From a virus, in IMG/VR virus record IMGVR_UViG_3300021091_000014, positions 64,001-128,000 of that record: a DNA stretch of 64,000 bases; one strand, 5' to 3'. The position numbers and the translations under genes are program-made. The number at the start of each line of letters is the position of its first letter. Position 1 is the first letter of the stretch. Under the pieces are notes generated by a model. It searched no databases. It worked only from the letters and a program-made list of their open reading frames with translations, and was not told the DNA's origin. Positions 8,849-18,425 of this stretch are shown one piece after another.

Positions 8849-9651
8849 CGACTAAAAATTTAGGTCAAGAAGGTATTGTTTGGTTTGTAGGCAAAGTTGA
8901 GGACAGACAAGATCCTTTAATGCTTGGAAGGGTAAAAGTCCGCGCTTACCATTTTCACACTGATAATAAATCGCTGATGCCTACTGACGAATTGCCTTGG
9001 GCATTAATTATGATGCCTCCTAATAATCCAAGTCACGATAAAGTTGGACTATCACCAAACGGGCTAACCGTAGGATCTACGGTTATAGGATTTTTTATGG
9101 ATGGGCATGATGCCAATCAGCCTGTAGTAATGGGTACCATTCATGGTATTCCAGATAATGATAAGTCAAAGCATGATGTGGCTGAACCTGCTCGTGAGAA
9201 TAACAATATAAGTAAAGAATACGATAGTAAAGAACCTAAGTCTGCCTATAAGGCGAAATACCCATATAATAAAGTTTTGAGAACTGAAGGCGGGCATGTA
9301 GTAGAAATAGATGACACACCAGGAGAAGAACGGCTACACATCTATCATAAATCTGGAACCTATACTGAAATTGATAAAGATGGTCGTAAAGTAGAAAAGG
9401 TAGTAGATAACGGCTTTGAAATAATCCTTAAAAATCAAACAGTACATATTAAAGGCAACTATGACGTGTTTGTAGATGGTGTTACAACGTTTACTTGCGA
9501 ACAGGTAAATATGACAGGTAATTTAAGAGTAGATAAAGATGTAAGTGTTGGCAAGGACGTCTTTACTGACGTTGGTGTTAGCCTTAACAAGCATACCCAT
9601 ACAGATACTCCTGGACTTGGTGCCGGAGTCACAACTCCTCCTAACAGATAA
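8845..9651 (+). CDS. gp5: Central spike, gp5-like: OB fold + short beta-helix + HxH tip, no lysozyme domain
   Basis: WFVGKVEDRQDPLMLGRVKVR, YPYNKV..TE.GH..E.DDTPG.ERLH..H.SGT, C-terminal LNKHTH; only 268 aa. Confidence 0.9.
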   Translation: MTTKNLGQEGIVWFVGKVEDRQDPLMLGRVKVRAYHFHTDNKSLMPTDELPWALIMMPPNNPSHDKVGLSPNGLTVGSTVIGFFMDGHDANQPVVMGTIHGIPDNDKSKHDVAEPARENNNISKEYDSKEPKSAYKAKYPYNKVLRTEGGHVVEIDDTPGEERLHIYHKSGTYTEIDKDGRKVEKVVDNGFEIILKNQTVHIKGNYDVFVDGVTTFTCEQVNMTGNLRVDKDVSVGKDVFTDVGVSLNKHTHTDTPGLGAGVTTPPNR

Positions 9652-10598
9652 TGGCAAATTATATAAACGAAAGTGGATTTGAGCTAGGCATTAATGGGCT
9701 TAGAATTGTTGATGACTCCGGAACAGTTAAATATAAACTGCCGATTAATGATGGAACTAACGGTCAAATTATAAAGACTGACGGGTCCGGTCAGCTTTCT
9801 TTTATTACACCTCAATCCCTAGTTGGATCAAAAGGTGAAAAAGGTGATAATGGTGTAAAGGGTGATCAAGGTACTGCAGCTTCCAAAGGGGATAAAGGTG
9901 ATAAAGGAGATAAAGGTGAAAAGGGAGCAGACGGCATTGGTACTAATGGGGCGCAAGGTGCCCAAGGCGCGCAAGGACCTCAAGGCGCAAAAGGAGAAAG
10001 AGTAAGCAGTGCATCCTATTCTGACAGCACTAATGTTATTACATTTACTAATTCTGACTCTTCTGTATTTACAGTATCAGGAGTAAAAGGACAGAAAGGT
10101 GATACTGGATCAAAAGGAGATAAAGGTGACAGTGGTTCAAAAGGAGATACAGGCCCACAAGGATCTCAAGGCGCTTTCTCAACTAATTCGGACGGACAAA
10201 TAAACTCTCTCGGTGTAGGAACAGCAGCATCTACCGTAACTGGTCAAATTAGAGCTACTAATAGCATTACAGCTTTTTATTCTGACGTTAGATTAAAAGA
10301 AAATATTCAGGAAATAGAAAACGCACTAGACAAAATTGAACAACTAAGAGGGGTTTTTTATAATCAAAATGTATTAGCTGAGAAGTTTGGTTACAATGAT
10401 TATAAAAGGCAAGTAGGTGTAATCGCACAGGATGTACAGAAAATATTGCCCGAGGCTGTAACAGGAGCTCCTTTTGATATTGATAAAGACGGCAATAGTA
10501 TTTCAGGTGAAAATTATTTAACCGTGTACTATGAAAAAATAATCCCACTTCTTATTCAGTGCATAAAAGAACTTAAACAATTAATAGACAATAGGTAA
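9651..10598 (+). CDS. Collagen-like fibre protein with C-terminal S74 intramolecular chaperone
   Basis: G-x-K and GAQ triplets; YSDVRLKENI, GVIAQDVQKILPEAV, Y..IIPLLIQ.IKEL. Confidence 0.85.
   Translation: MANYINESGFELGINGLRIVDDSGTVKYKLPINDGTNGQIIKTDGSGQLSFITPQSLVGSKGEKGDNGVKGDQGTAASKGDKGDKGDKGEKGADGIGTNGAQGAQGAQGPQGAKGERVSSASYSDSTNVITFTNSDSSVFTVSGVKGQKGDTGSKGDKGDSGSKGDTGPQGSQGAFSTNSDGQINSLGVGTAASTVTGQIRATNSITAFYSDVRLKENIQEIENALDKIEQLRGVFYNQNVLAEKFGYNDYKRQVGVIAQDVQKILPEAVTGAPFDIDKDGNSISGENYLTVYYEKIIPLLIQCIKELKQLIDNR
10095..10149 (+). repeat. 55-bp perfect repeat, copy 1 (copy 2 at 34347-34401)
   Basis: AAAGGTGATACTGGATCAAAAGGAGATAAAGGTGACAGTGGTTCAAAAGGAGATA is identical in two collagen genes. 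Confidence 0.9.
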
Positions 10599-10601
10599 TA
10601 T

Positions 10602-11030
10602 ATGGCTACAGTAAAAAGAGCTGATAGATACACACCTTTAGAAGGCTCGTATACAATATATCAAGATTTATTTACTAAGATATTGTTTGAAAGAGATACA
10701 AAAGATGCTTCGTTAATTGAAAACGAGGACGCAGTTAAACAAGCTATAATCAATATTATTCTTACTAATGTAGGAGAAAGATTATATAATCCTACTTTCG
10801 GAAGTGAAATTAATAAAATGCTTTTTGAGAACGTTACTCCTCAAACTACATCTACGCTGATAAATTTAATTCGCAGCGCAATAGAAAACTATGAGCCAAG
10901 AGCTAATCTAATTGATGTGATTGCTTCTCCTCTACCGGATAATAACGCATATACTGTATCTATTGTTTTTAGCGTAATAAATAAAACTGAACCAGTGTAT
11001 CTAGAATTTTTACTTAACAGGGTAAGATAG
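10602..11030 (+). CDS. gp25: Baseplate wedge subunit
   Basis: AVKQAI.NI.LT..GER...P.FGS, I.NYEPRA. Confidence 0.92.
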   Translation: MATVKRADRYTPLEGSYTIYQDLFTKILFERDTKDASLIENEDAVKQAIINIILTNVGERLYNPTFGSEINKMLFENVTPQTTSTLINLIRSAIENYEPRANLIDVIASPLPDNNAYTVSIVFSVINKTEPVYLEFLLNRVR

Positions 11031-12835
11031 TGGCAAATACTAATCTCAAACTTACAGGGTTAGATTTCAATGAGTTAAAAAATAACTTTAAAGAATTTTT
11101 AAAGCGATCTGACTCACCTTTTAAAGACGTTGATTACGAAGGCTCAAACATTAATCAGCTTCTTGACATATTTTCCTATAACACCTACTTGAATGCTTAC
11201 TATCTTAATATGTTAGCAAGCGAGATGTTTTTAGATACAGCCACACTAAAAGATAGTATTATTTCTCACGTTAAAGAATTAAATTATGTACCTAGATCAT
11301 ATAGATCAGCAGAAGCAAAAATTTCTTTTAGCATAACCCCTGCATCAGCTCTTGATAACTTATTAGTTCCTAAAGGTACCTCTTTTACTACTAAAATTGG
11401 ATCTAATAATTTTACCTTTACTACTGCAGACAATTTAGTTTTAGCTGCTAATTCAAGCGGTGCTTTTAACGCGTCAGAGATTACAGTTTACGAAGGTAAT
11501 TATGTAACTGACTCTTTTGTTTACTCTGCAGCCAACACATCACAAAGATTTGTAATTTCCAATCCTAACATTGATATTAGAAGCCTTTCCGTTTATGTTA
11601 TTGAGAACGAAGGTGCTAATACAATTACATATTCTAAAGCATCTTCGCTTTTAGACGGAACAGCCAATTCAAATATTTTCTTTCTACAGGCAGCTGAAAA
11701 TTCTCAATATGAAATAATTTTTGGAGACGGAGTCATAGGAAGAGTTCCTCAGAACGGCGCTACAATTATTTCTGAGTATAGAGTAAGCAATGGCGAGCTT
11801 CCTAACGGAGCTTCAAATTTTACTATTGACGGTACAATTCAAGGACAATCAAATATTTCTTCTATATCGACCTCACAAGCAGCAAAAGGAGGAGGAGTTA
11901 GCGAAAGTATAGACTCGATTAAATTTAACGCACCAAGAGCGTATCAGAATCAAGAGAGAGCAGTTACCGCTTTAGATTATGAAAATATTTTATTAGCAAA
12001 CTTTCCTGAAATAGAATCTGTTGCTGTGTTTGGTGGTGAGGAAGCTACCCCTCCACAATATGGAAGGGTTCTTATTTCTATTGATCTTAATACAGGGGAA
12101 GGCATACCTGATATTGATAAGAGAAGATTTTTGGATTTTATTAAATTAAGAGCTCCTATTGGATTAGAGCCTGTTATTGTTAGCCCAGAATTTCTTTATC
12201 TTGAAATTGACGTTACAGCCAGGTATAATACAAATGTTACCAAGCTAACCACTCAAGCAATAGAAGTTTTGATTAGAAGTTTGGTGAGTGAATATAACAT
12301 TGACAAGCTTAACGGGTTTAAAAAGACAATAAGAACAAGTAAACTTATAGAAAACATTAACAACTGCCATTCAAGTATTGTTGGAGTAGACACCCTAGTA
12401 GTTCCATTCTCCAGGTTATCAGTTATACCAACAGTTGCTTTTAACAAGACTATAAATTTAGGATTTTCTCTTAATAGATATTATAATCTTTCTACAGGTG
12501 TAGGAGAATACATTAGATCTAACGTTAAAGCTGTATATAGTTCAAAATTTACATTTAATGGCATACCATGCACCATACAAGATAACGGTAGTGGTGTGTT
12601 AGGAATTTACAGCTATAGTGATACAGCTGCTCATTCATTTGTTAAATCTATTGGAACAGTAGATTATGATACTGGCTCTATTGTTATTGATGGTTTAGTA
12701 GTAACAGCAATAGAAGGTAATTATTTAAATCTTCACTACAATCCTGTCTCAAAAGATATTGCTTCCACTAAAAATACAATTCTTCTTATTAAAGATTCTG
12801 ACGTCGAAGTTACAGCGGTACAAATTAAAGAATGA
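11030..12835 (+). CDS. gp6: Baseplate wedge subunit
   Basis: LDF..LK.N, DYEGS...LLD, E.FLDTA, L.Y.PRS, Q.RAVT..DY. Confidence 0.92.
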   Translation: MANTNLKLTGLDFNELKNNFKEFLKRSDSPFKDVDYEGSNINQLLDIFSYNTYLNAYYLNMLASEMFLDTATLKDSIISHVKELNYVPRSYRSAEAKISFSITPASALDNLLVPKGTSFTTKIGSNNFTFTTADNLVLAANSSGAFNASEITVYEGNYVTDSFVYSAANTSQRFVISNPNIDIRSLSVYVIENEGANTITYSKASSLLDGTANSNIFFLQAAENSQYEIIFGDGVIGRVPQNGATIISEYRVSNGELPNGASNFTIDGTIQGQSNISSISTSQAAKGGGVSESIDSIKFNAPRAYQNQERAVTALDYENILLANFPEIESVAVFGGEEATPPQYGRVLISIDLNTGEGIPDIDKRRFLDFIKLRAPIGLEPVIVSPEFLYLEIDVTARYNTNVTKLTTQAIEVLIRSLVSEYNIDKLNGFKKTIRTSKLIENINNCHSSIVGVDTLVVPFSRLSVIPTVAFNKTINLGFSLNRYYNLSTGVGEYIRSNVKAVYSSKFTFNGIPCTIQDNGSGVLGIYSYSDTAAHSFVKSIGTVDYDTGSIVIDGLVVTAIEGNYLNLHYNPVSKDIASTKNTILLIKDSDVEVTAVQIKE

Positions 12836-15800
12836 GTATAATAGAAAAAAATATCTCCTCACTAATTGAGTCACAGTTCCCAGAATTTTATAAGGAACAG
12901 GGACCTCTTTTTATTTTATTCGTTGAGGAATACTATAAATGGTTAGAGAGCAATGATCCTGATTATGCCACGTATTCAGATACAACCTTTGTTGGAAATC
13001 CTTTATATCATTCTAGAAGATTACAAGAGTATAGAAATATCGATCAAACGGTTGATGAATTTTACGTATACTTTAAAGAAAAATTTTTAAAAAACGTAGA
13101 AATTACCGCTCAGGTTTCTGAAGATAGACTAGTAAAGGCATCGAATGATCTTTACAAATCTAAAGGATCTGAAAGATCTTTAGATTTATTTTTTAAACTT
13201 CTCTACGGAACTAAAATAGAAATATACAATCCGGGAGAAGATATTTTAAAGCCATCAGACGGCACCTGGGTTATACCTCAATACCTAGAATTAACAGTAT
13301 CATCAAGAACAAAAAACTATGTTGGTAAACAAGTTACCGGTAGTATTTCTGGTGCAACAGCTTTCGTAGAATATATTATTACAAGAAATATTAATGGTAA
13401 AATAATTGACTATGCCTTCTTAAGCAATAAAAGCGGTACTTTTATTGCTAATGAATTATTATTAGATGAACCGTCTGTAGTTAATGCTCCTAAAATTTTA
13501 GGTTCTCTAACGAGTTTAGATACAACTCTAGGAGGGGAAGGCTTTGCCGTTGGTGAAACGGTAAAAATTATTTCATCTAATGGTGTCGAAGGCATAGCTC
13601 GTGTTACATCAATTGAATCAGTAACAGGGCTTGTTCAGTTTACATTAGTTGACGGAGGGTGGGGGTATTCAAATACTACTGCTGAGACTGTCATTAGCTC
13701 GGATGTGTTAAGAATTACTAACGTAACAAATGCTAATACTGAAATAACAACTTTTTTTAGAAATGAAATAGTAACCCAAGAACTATATGAATTTAGATTA
13801 AATAATGTTACTGGTAATTTTACCAAGAACAAAGAAATTTATAACGGCAACATCGCCGCGCCATCGGTATCAATAATTGCTGATGTTAGTCAAAATACCA
13901 CCACTGTTATAGGCAGTAGCAACACCGCAAACTTAATTATAAATTTGGTTGAAAATGATATTTTTTCAAACAACGTTTTGTATTTACCAGATCAGCAAAT
14001 AATTTTTGCCACCCTAGATTACTTTGCAATTGGAGACGAGGTTGTTCAATCTAACGGCACAGGTAATAACGTTACAGGTACTGTTAGTGCAATAGTTAGT
14101 TCAACAGCTATTTCTCCAAATACATCTACTATTGGTGCTAATGGTATTCATGTTGGAACTTATGTCATACAACCAGGTACCGGCGCAACCGGATATGTAA
14201 CTGCTATTCCAAGTCAAAATTATTTTACATATACAAACGTTAATGTGTTTACAGTAAGAGGAGGATCCGGCACATTTAATAATCTTTCCTCTATTTCTAA
14301 CTATACAGATTCAACCCAGACTACTCTGATTGGAACTTTTGATCCAAATATTATTTTGTTTGGATATGAATATACTATTTCTGATACATCAACTACAGGC
14401 ACTGATAAGTGGTCATATGCTAATACGATTGTTAAAGTAGGATCTCAAAGTGTTAATGCAGTCATTCATCTGGCATCAGATATTGGAGGTATAGTTCAAG
14501 CGTATACAAATGTATCAGCTAGTGCCAATCTTTTTGCATCTAATTCTACAGCAATTGGTATTACAAGTGTTACTGGAGATTTTTATGGCTCCGGTAACAC
14601 AATAATTATTGGACAGACCTCTAACACTCGAGCAAAAACTACATTACTTTTTACCGGGTTTGGAGCTGATTTTAATTTAGGTATTATTTCGGACGCCGAG
14701 ACAGTAAGACTATCTCCTGACTTAATTAGTAGTAATAATGATGGTCCAGGAGCTAATTCTGTTAAATTTACAGAAATGCTTATATCTGGCGCAAACTCAA
14801 CGTATAATAATTTAAACTCTGTTTATATTATGACCGGGGGATCTGGTTACGACAATACCAATATAGTTACTTTTTCTGGTGGTAATTCTGGTGCTGGTTC
14901 ATTTACAGCTGGCAACGCTTCTATCATAACAGATACTAGTGGAGTAATTGTAGCAGTAGGACTATCAGCTAACGTAGGTAATAAAATAGTATCTACTCCT
15001 TCTACATCAGTAGTCAATTCAACCGGCGGATCCACAGGAGTTGGTACCGGGGCTGAACTTATACCTGTATCTTCCCTTGGCTTTATAAAACAACCCGGTG
15101 GAGATATTACATATACAATTTTAGATCTTCTACGGTTTAATACTTTAACTATCGGGACAATATCATCACTTACTAATATTAACCCTGGAGAAAATTATAA
15201 CGTTAATCCTTTTGTATCTGTTTATGAGCCATACGTTGCTTCTTACGGTAGGAGAGATATAGTAATTGAGGTGGCTGATCTTACAGGACCTGGATTTGCT
15301 GTTGGTGAGTACGTTGAACAGACTATTAGTACCCCAGGAGTAGAGATTAAGTCTAACACCTTCTCAGGTAATTCAAGCAACGTTTATGAGGTTCAAGAGC
15401 AGGTTTACTCAACAGACGGAATAAATAACACCGCTACTGGATTTATTTACAGCGCATCTAAAGATAATACCACAGGCATTTATACAACTGTATTAGTGAG
15501 TAATACTGGTACGTGGCAAAATTCAGTTAACGTTAGTATTTTAACCGTGCTTTCTAATACTAATTTTGAACCAGGTAACGAAATTTTTCAAAGCACAACA
15601 GCCAATGGAATTTTAGTTGCATCTAACTCAACTACCCTTGTAGTAAGAAGTGTCGAAGGGACGTTTACATCAGGAGCTATTACTAGTAATGCAAGCCCCA
15701 CACCTGGTTCAACAACAGTAACAGCTGAAGCTAATACTAAAATTTTTAAACTTATTGGTGCTACTTCAAACGGTGCATCAGTGATAACAAATACATCACC

Positions 15801-16389
15801 CTATATAGCATCAGCTACTGCAAAAGCTACAGTAAAAATAAACGACAGTGATAAATTTTTAACCCTTAAAAGAGTAAGTTTATTCACAGAGTTTGTAGTT
15901 AGTAATACTGTCGTTGGAAAAACTACCGGTTCTACAGCTAATGTTGTATCAGTGTCTGCTGATCCTTCCTCTAACGTTATCGGTGATAATGCAATTGTGG
16001 TAGCTAACGTTGTTGCCACTCAAGGAACTATTTCTGGATTAGAAGTAACTGACTCAGGAACTGGTTACATTAACAACGAAGGAGTAAACGTTAGCTCGCT
16101 TGATGGTAGCAGATTTGCATCTGCTAAAGCAAACGTATCTACAAGTGGTATTGGAACAGGGTATTATTCCTCTACACGAAGCTTTTTAGACGACACTAAA
16201 TACATACAAGATGGTGAATATTATCAGAACTTCTCTTACGAAATACAGACATCAATACCAGTAGAAAAATATTTTGATACTCTTAAGCAAGTTCTACACG
16301 TTGCTGGCAAAAAAATGTATGGTAGAGTTCTTTTAGATATTGATGGCAATTTTAATATTATTTCCAATTCAAACATCACTATTACATAA
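12832..16389 (+). CDS. Baseplate wedge initiator, gp7-like
   Basis: IESQFPEF, Y.SKGS..S...FF.LLYG, C-terminal IQD..YYQ.FSY....H.AG; follows gp6. Confidence 0.75.
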   Translation: MSIIEKNISSLIESQFPEFYKEQGPLFILFVEEYYKWLESNDPDYATYSDTTFVGNPLYHSRRLQEYRNIDQTVDEFYVYFKEKFLKNVEITAQVSEDRLVKASNDLYKSKGSERSLDLFFKLLYGTKIEIYNPGEDILKPSDGTWVIPQYLELTVSSRTKNYVGKQVTGSISGATAFVEYIITRNINGKIIDYAFLSNKSGTFIANELLLDEPSVVNAPKILGSLTSLDTTLGGEGFAVGETVKIISSNGVEGIARVTSIESVTGLVQFTLVDGGWGYSNTTAETVISSDVLRITNVTNANTEITTFFRNEIVTQELYEFRLNNVTGNFTKNKEIYNGNIAAPSVSIIADVSQNTTTVIGSSNTANLIINLVENDIFSNNVLYLPDQQIIFATLDYFAIGDEVVQSNGTGNNVTGTVSAIVSSTAISPNTSTIGANGIHVGTYVIQPGTGATGYVTAIPSQNYFTYTNVNVFTVRGGSGTFNNLSSISNYTDSTQTTLIGTFDPNIILFGYEYTISDTSTTGTDKWSYANTIVKVGSQSVNAVIHLASDIGGIVQAYTNVSASANLFASNSTAIGITSVTGDFYGSGNTIIIGQTSNTRAKTTLLFTGFGADFNLGIISDAETVRLSPDLISSNNDGPGANSVKFTEMLISGANSTYNNLNSVYIMTGGSGYDNTNIVTFSGGNSGAGSFTAGNASIITDTSGVIVAVGLSANVGNKIVSTPSTSVVNSTGGSTGVGTGAELIPVSSLGFIKQPGGDITYTILDLLRFNTLTIGTISSLTNINPGENYNVNPFVSVYEPYVASYGRRDIVIEVADLTGPGFAVGEYVEQTISTPGVEIKSNTFSGNSSNVYEVQEQVYSTDGINNTATGFIYSASKDNTTGIYTTVLVSNTGTWQNSVNVSILTVLSNTNFEPGNEIFQSTTANGILVASNSTTLVVRSVEGTFTSGAITSNASPTPGSTTVTAEANTKIFKLIGATSNGASVITNTSPYIASATAKATVKINDSDKFLTLKRVSLFTEFVVSNTVVGKTTGSTANVVSVSADPSSNVIGDNAIVVANVVATQGTISGLEVTDSGTGYINNEGVNVSSLDGSRFASAKANVSTSGIGTGYYSSTRSFLDDTKYIQDGEYYQNFSYEIQTSIPVEKYFDTLKQVLHVAGKKMYGRVLLDIDGNFNIISNSNITIT

Positions 16390-16395
16390 TAAATA
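16388..16395 (+). promoter_or_regulatory. Late promoter variant AATAAATA
   Basis: At the gene boundary, 5 nt before the ATG at 16401. Confidence 0.55.
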
Positions 16396-16400
16396 ATTGT

Positions 16401-18416
16401 ATGACCACTTTAATTACCAAAAAATTTAAAAAACATATTGGCGAGCAGTTAATAGAGTCTATTACAGAACCAGCTAATAATGTTTATTATCTATTAGCTG
16501 CTAGACATTTTCCATTTGCCAATAATGACGCAACTATTCCAGTTCCTGATAATACTTTCAAAGAGCTTGAGACTGTTGTATATGAGGAAGCTATCTTTGG
16601 TAAAAAAATTAATTCATCTGATGTAAATCTAGTTATTCCAAAATATATTTGGACTTCTAATACAGTATACTCTCCATACGATGATACAGATACAGGATTA
16701 CTTGATAAGAAATTTTATGTAGCGGTTGACGGAGGAGCAACCTATTACATCTACAAGTGCTTAGATAATAATGGGGGAGTAGCTTCTAACGTTCAGCCTA
16801 CAAATACAAGTGAAAGTGCATGCAACTTTGTAACAACTGCTGACGGGTATGTTTGGAAGCTAATGTATAAACTTCCGGAAGCTACGTTTGAGAAGTTTCA
16901 AACGGCCGATTATATGCCAGTAACTACAAATGCTAATGTAGCGGGCAATACTGTCTCTGGTGCAATTGACGTTATTAAAATTACTACACCAGGTTCAAAT
17001 TATGTTGCCACTCTTAACGGACAATTTACCGCTAGTGATTTAAGAGAGTCTATTCCTGGAGTTACCGGTAATACTACAACTTACAGACTAAACGAGTCTG
17101 CTTCCGCCAATGCTGATTTTTATGTTGGTAGTGCACTTTATATTTCTACAGGAACTGGCGCTGGACAGCTAAAAAGAATTACTGACTATAATGCAGTATC
17201 AAGAGTTGCTACAATTAATTCTATATTTACGGTTCCTCCATCAACAGATTCTACCTACGTTGTTGCCCCAAATATTATAATTGGAGGAGATGGATCTGAC
17301 GCAACTGCCTATGCCACCGTAAGTTCTAATAATTCCGTCAACAATTATATTAGTAAGGTTAATATTATTAATAGAGGAACTAATTATACTTACACGTCTA
17401 TTACTGTTACAGGTAATACGGGTGGCGTAAGTAACGCAGCCTCATTAAGAGCAATTATTCCTCCAGTAGGAGGACACGGAAAAAATCCTGCATCAGAATT
17501 AGGAGCAAAAGCAGTCGCTATATCGCTTTCATTCAATACAACTGAGAGTGGCTACATTACTGCAGAAAATGATTATAGAAAATTAGCACTTATTAGAGAC
17601 CCTCTTTTTAGAAACGTTACACTTACACTCGGTAGTGAGATAGGAACGTTCACTGCCGGGGAAAATGTACATCAGATTGAATATAAAACACTTTTAGGTA
17701 CTGTGGCTGGTAATACAAGTACTAATGCTATTACGGGTACGGGCACGAGTTTTAATATTTCTTTAAAAGCAAATGATAGAATTTTAATTTATGATACTAT
17801 TACAGGACTGTATAGCTTGAGAACCGTTACCACGGTTACAAATGCTACCTCTATTATTGTAAATGATGAGCTTCCTTTTATTTCTTCTATTGCAAGATAT
17901 TCTTTTGTAAGTATATTAGCTAGCGGAGTTAAAACAGGCAATTCATCTCCTTATCTTACTATGAGTAACGTGGAACCAAAATTTACAACAGGTAAAATTA
18001 TAGTCGGTGAAACATCAGGCGCTATCGCTAATGTAACTAATATTGATGTAAATGAAAAAAATTATAATAACTGGAACACATTAGACAATAGAACAAGAAT
18101 ATCATACACAACTAAATCTGGCTCGATGCCAGAAGATGCAGTAGTGCTACAAACAGACATCTCATTAAGTAATGCATATTTTCATTCTTCTAATAGCACT
18201 TACATTTTTCTTACAGCTGAAAGGGGACCAATTAACGCAGATCCTGCCGAGCTGATAAGAGAAAACCAAGGTGCAGCTACCTTTACGCTTGGTAGTGTTA
18301 AGTACCTACCTGACATAATAAAAGGTTCTGGAGAGGTTATATACATAGAGAATACTACTGCAATTTCAAGAGCAAATAATCAATCAGAAACTTTAAGATT
18401 AATTATAAATTTTTAA
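16401..18416 (+). CDS. gp8: Baseplate wedge subunit, gp8-like
   Basis: YKCLDNN, T.DGY.WK.MY, P..GHG, SGE.IY.EN...I.R...Q.E. Confidence 0.8.
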   Translation: MTTLITKKFKKHIGEQLIESITEPANNVYYLLAARHFPFANNDATIPVPDNTFKELETVVYEEAIFGKKINSSDVNLVIPKYIWTSNTVYSPYDDTDTGLLDKKFYVAVDGGATYYIYKCLDNNGGVASNVQPTNTSESACNFVTTADGYVWKLMYKLPEATFEKFQTADYMPVTTNANVAGNTVSGAIDVIKITTPGSNYVATLNGQFTASDLRESIPGVTGNTTTYRLNESASANADFYVGSALYISTGTGAGQLKRITDYNAVSRVATINSIFTVPPSTDSTYVVAPNIIIGGDGSDATAYATVSSNNSVNNYISKVNIINRGTNYTYTSITVTGNTGGVSNAASLRAIIPPVGGHGKNPASELGAKAVAISLSFNTTESGYITAENDYRKLALIRDPLFRNVTLTLGSEIGTFTAGENVHQIEYKTLLGTVAGNTSTNAITGTGTSFNISLKANDRILIYDTITGLYSLRTVTTVTNATSIIVNDELPFISSIARYSFVSILASGVKTGNSSPYLTMSNVEPKFTTGKIIVGETSGAIANVTNIDVNEKNYNNWNTLDNRTRISYTTKSGSMPEDAVVLQTDISLSNAYFHSSNSTYIFLTAERGPINADPAELIRENQGAATFTLGSVKYLPDIIKGSGEVIYIENTTAISRANNQSETLRLIINF

Positions 18417-18425
18417 GAGGAAGCA

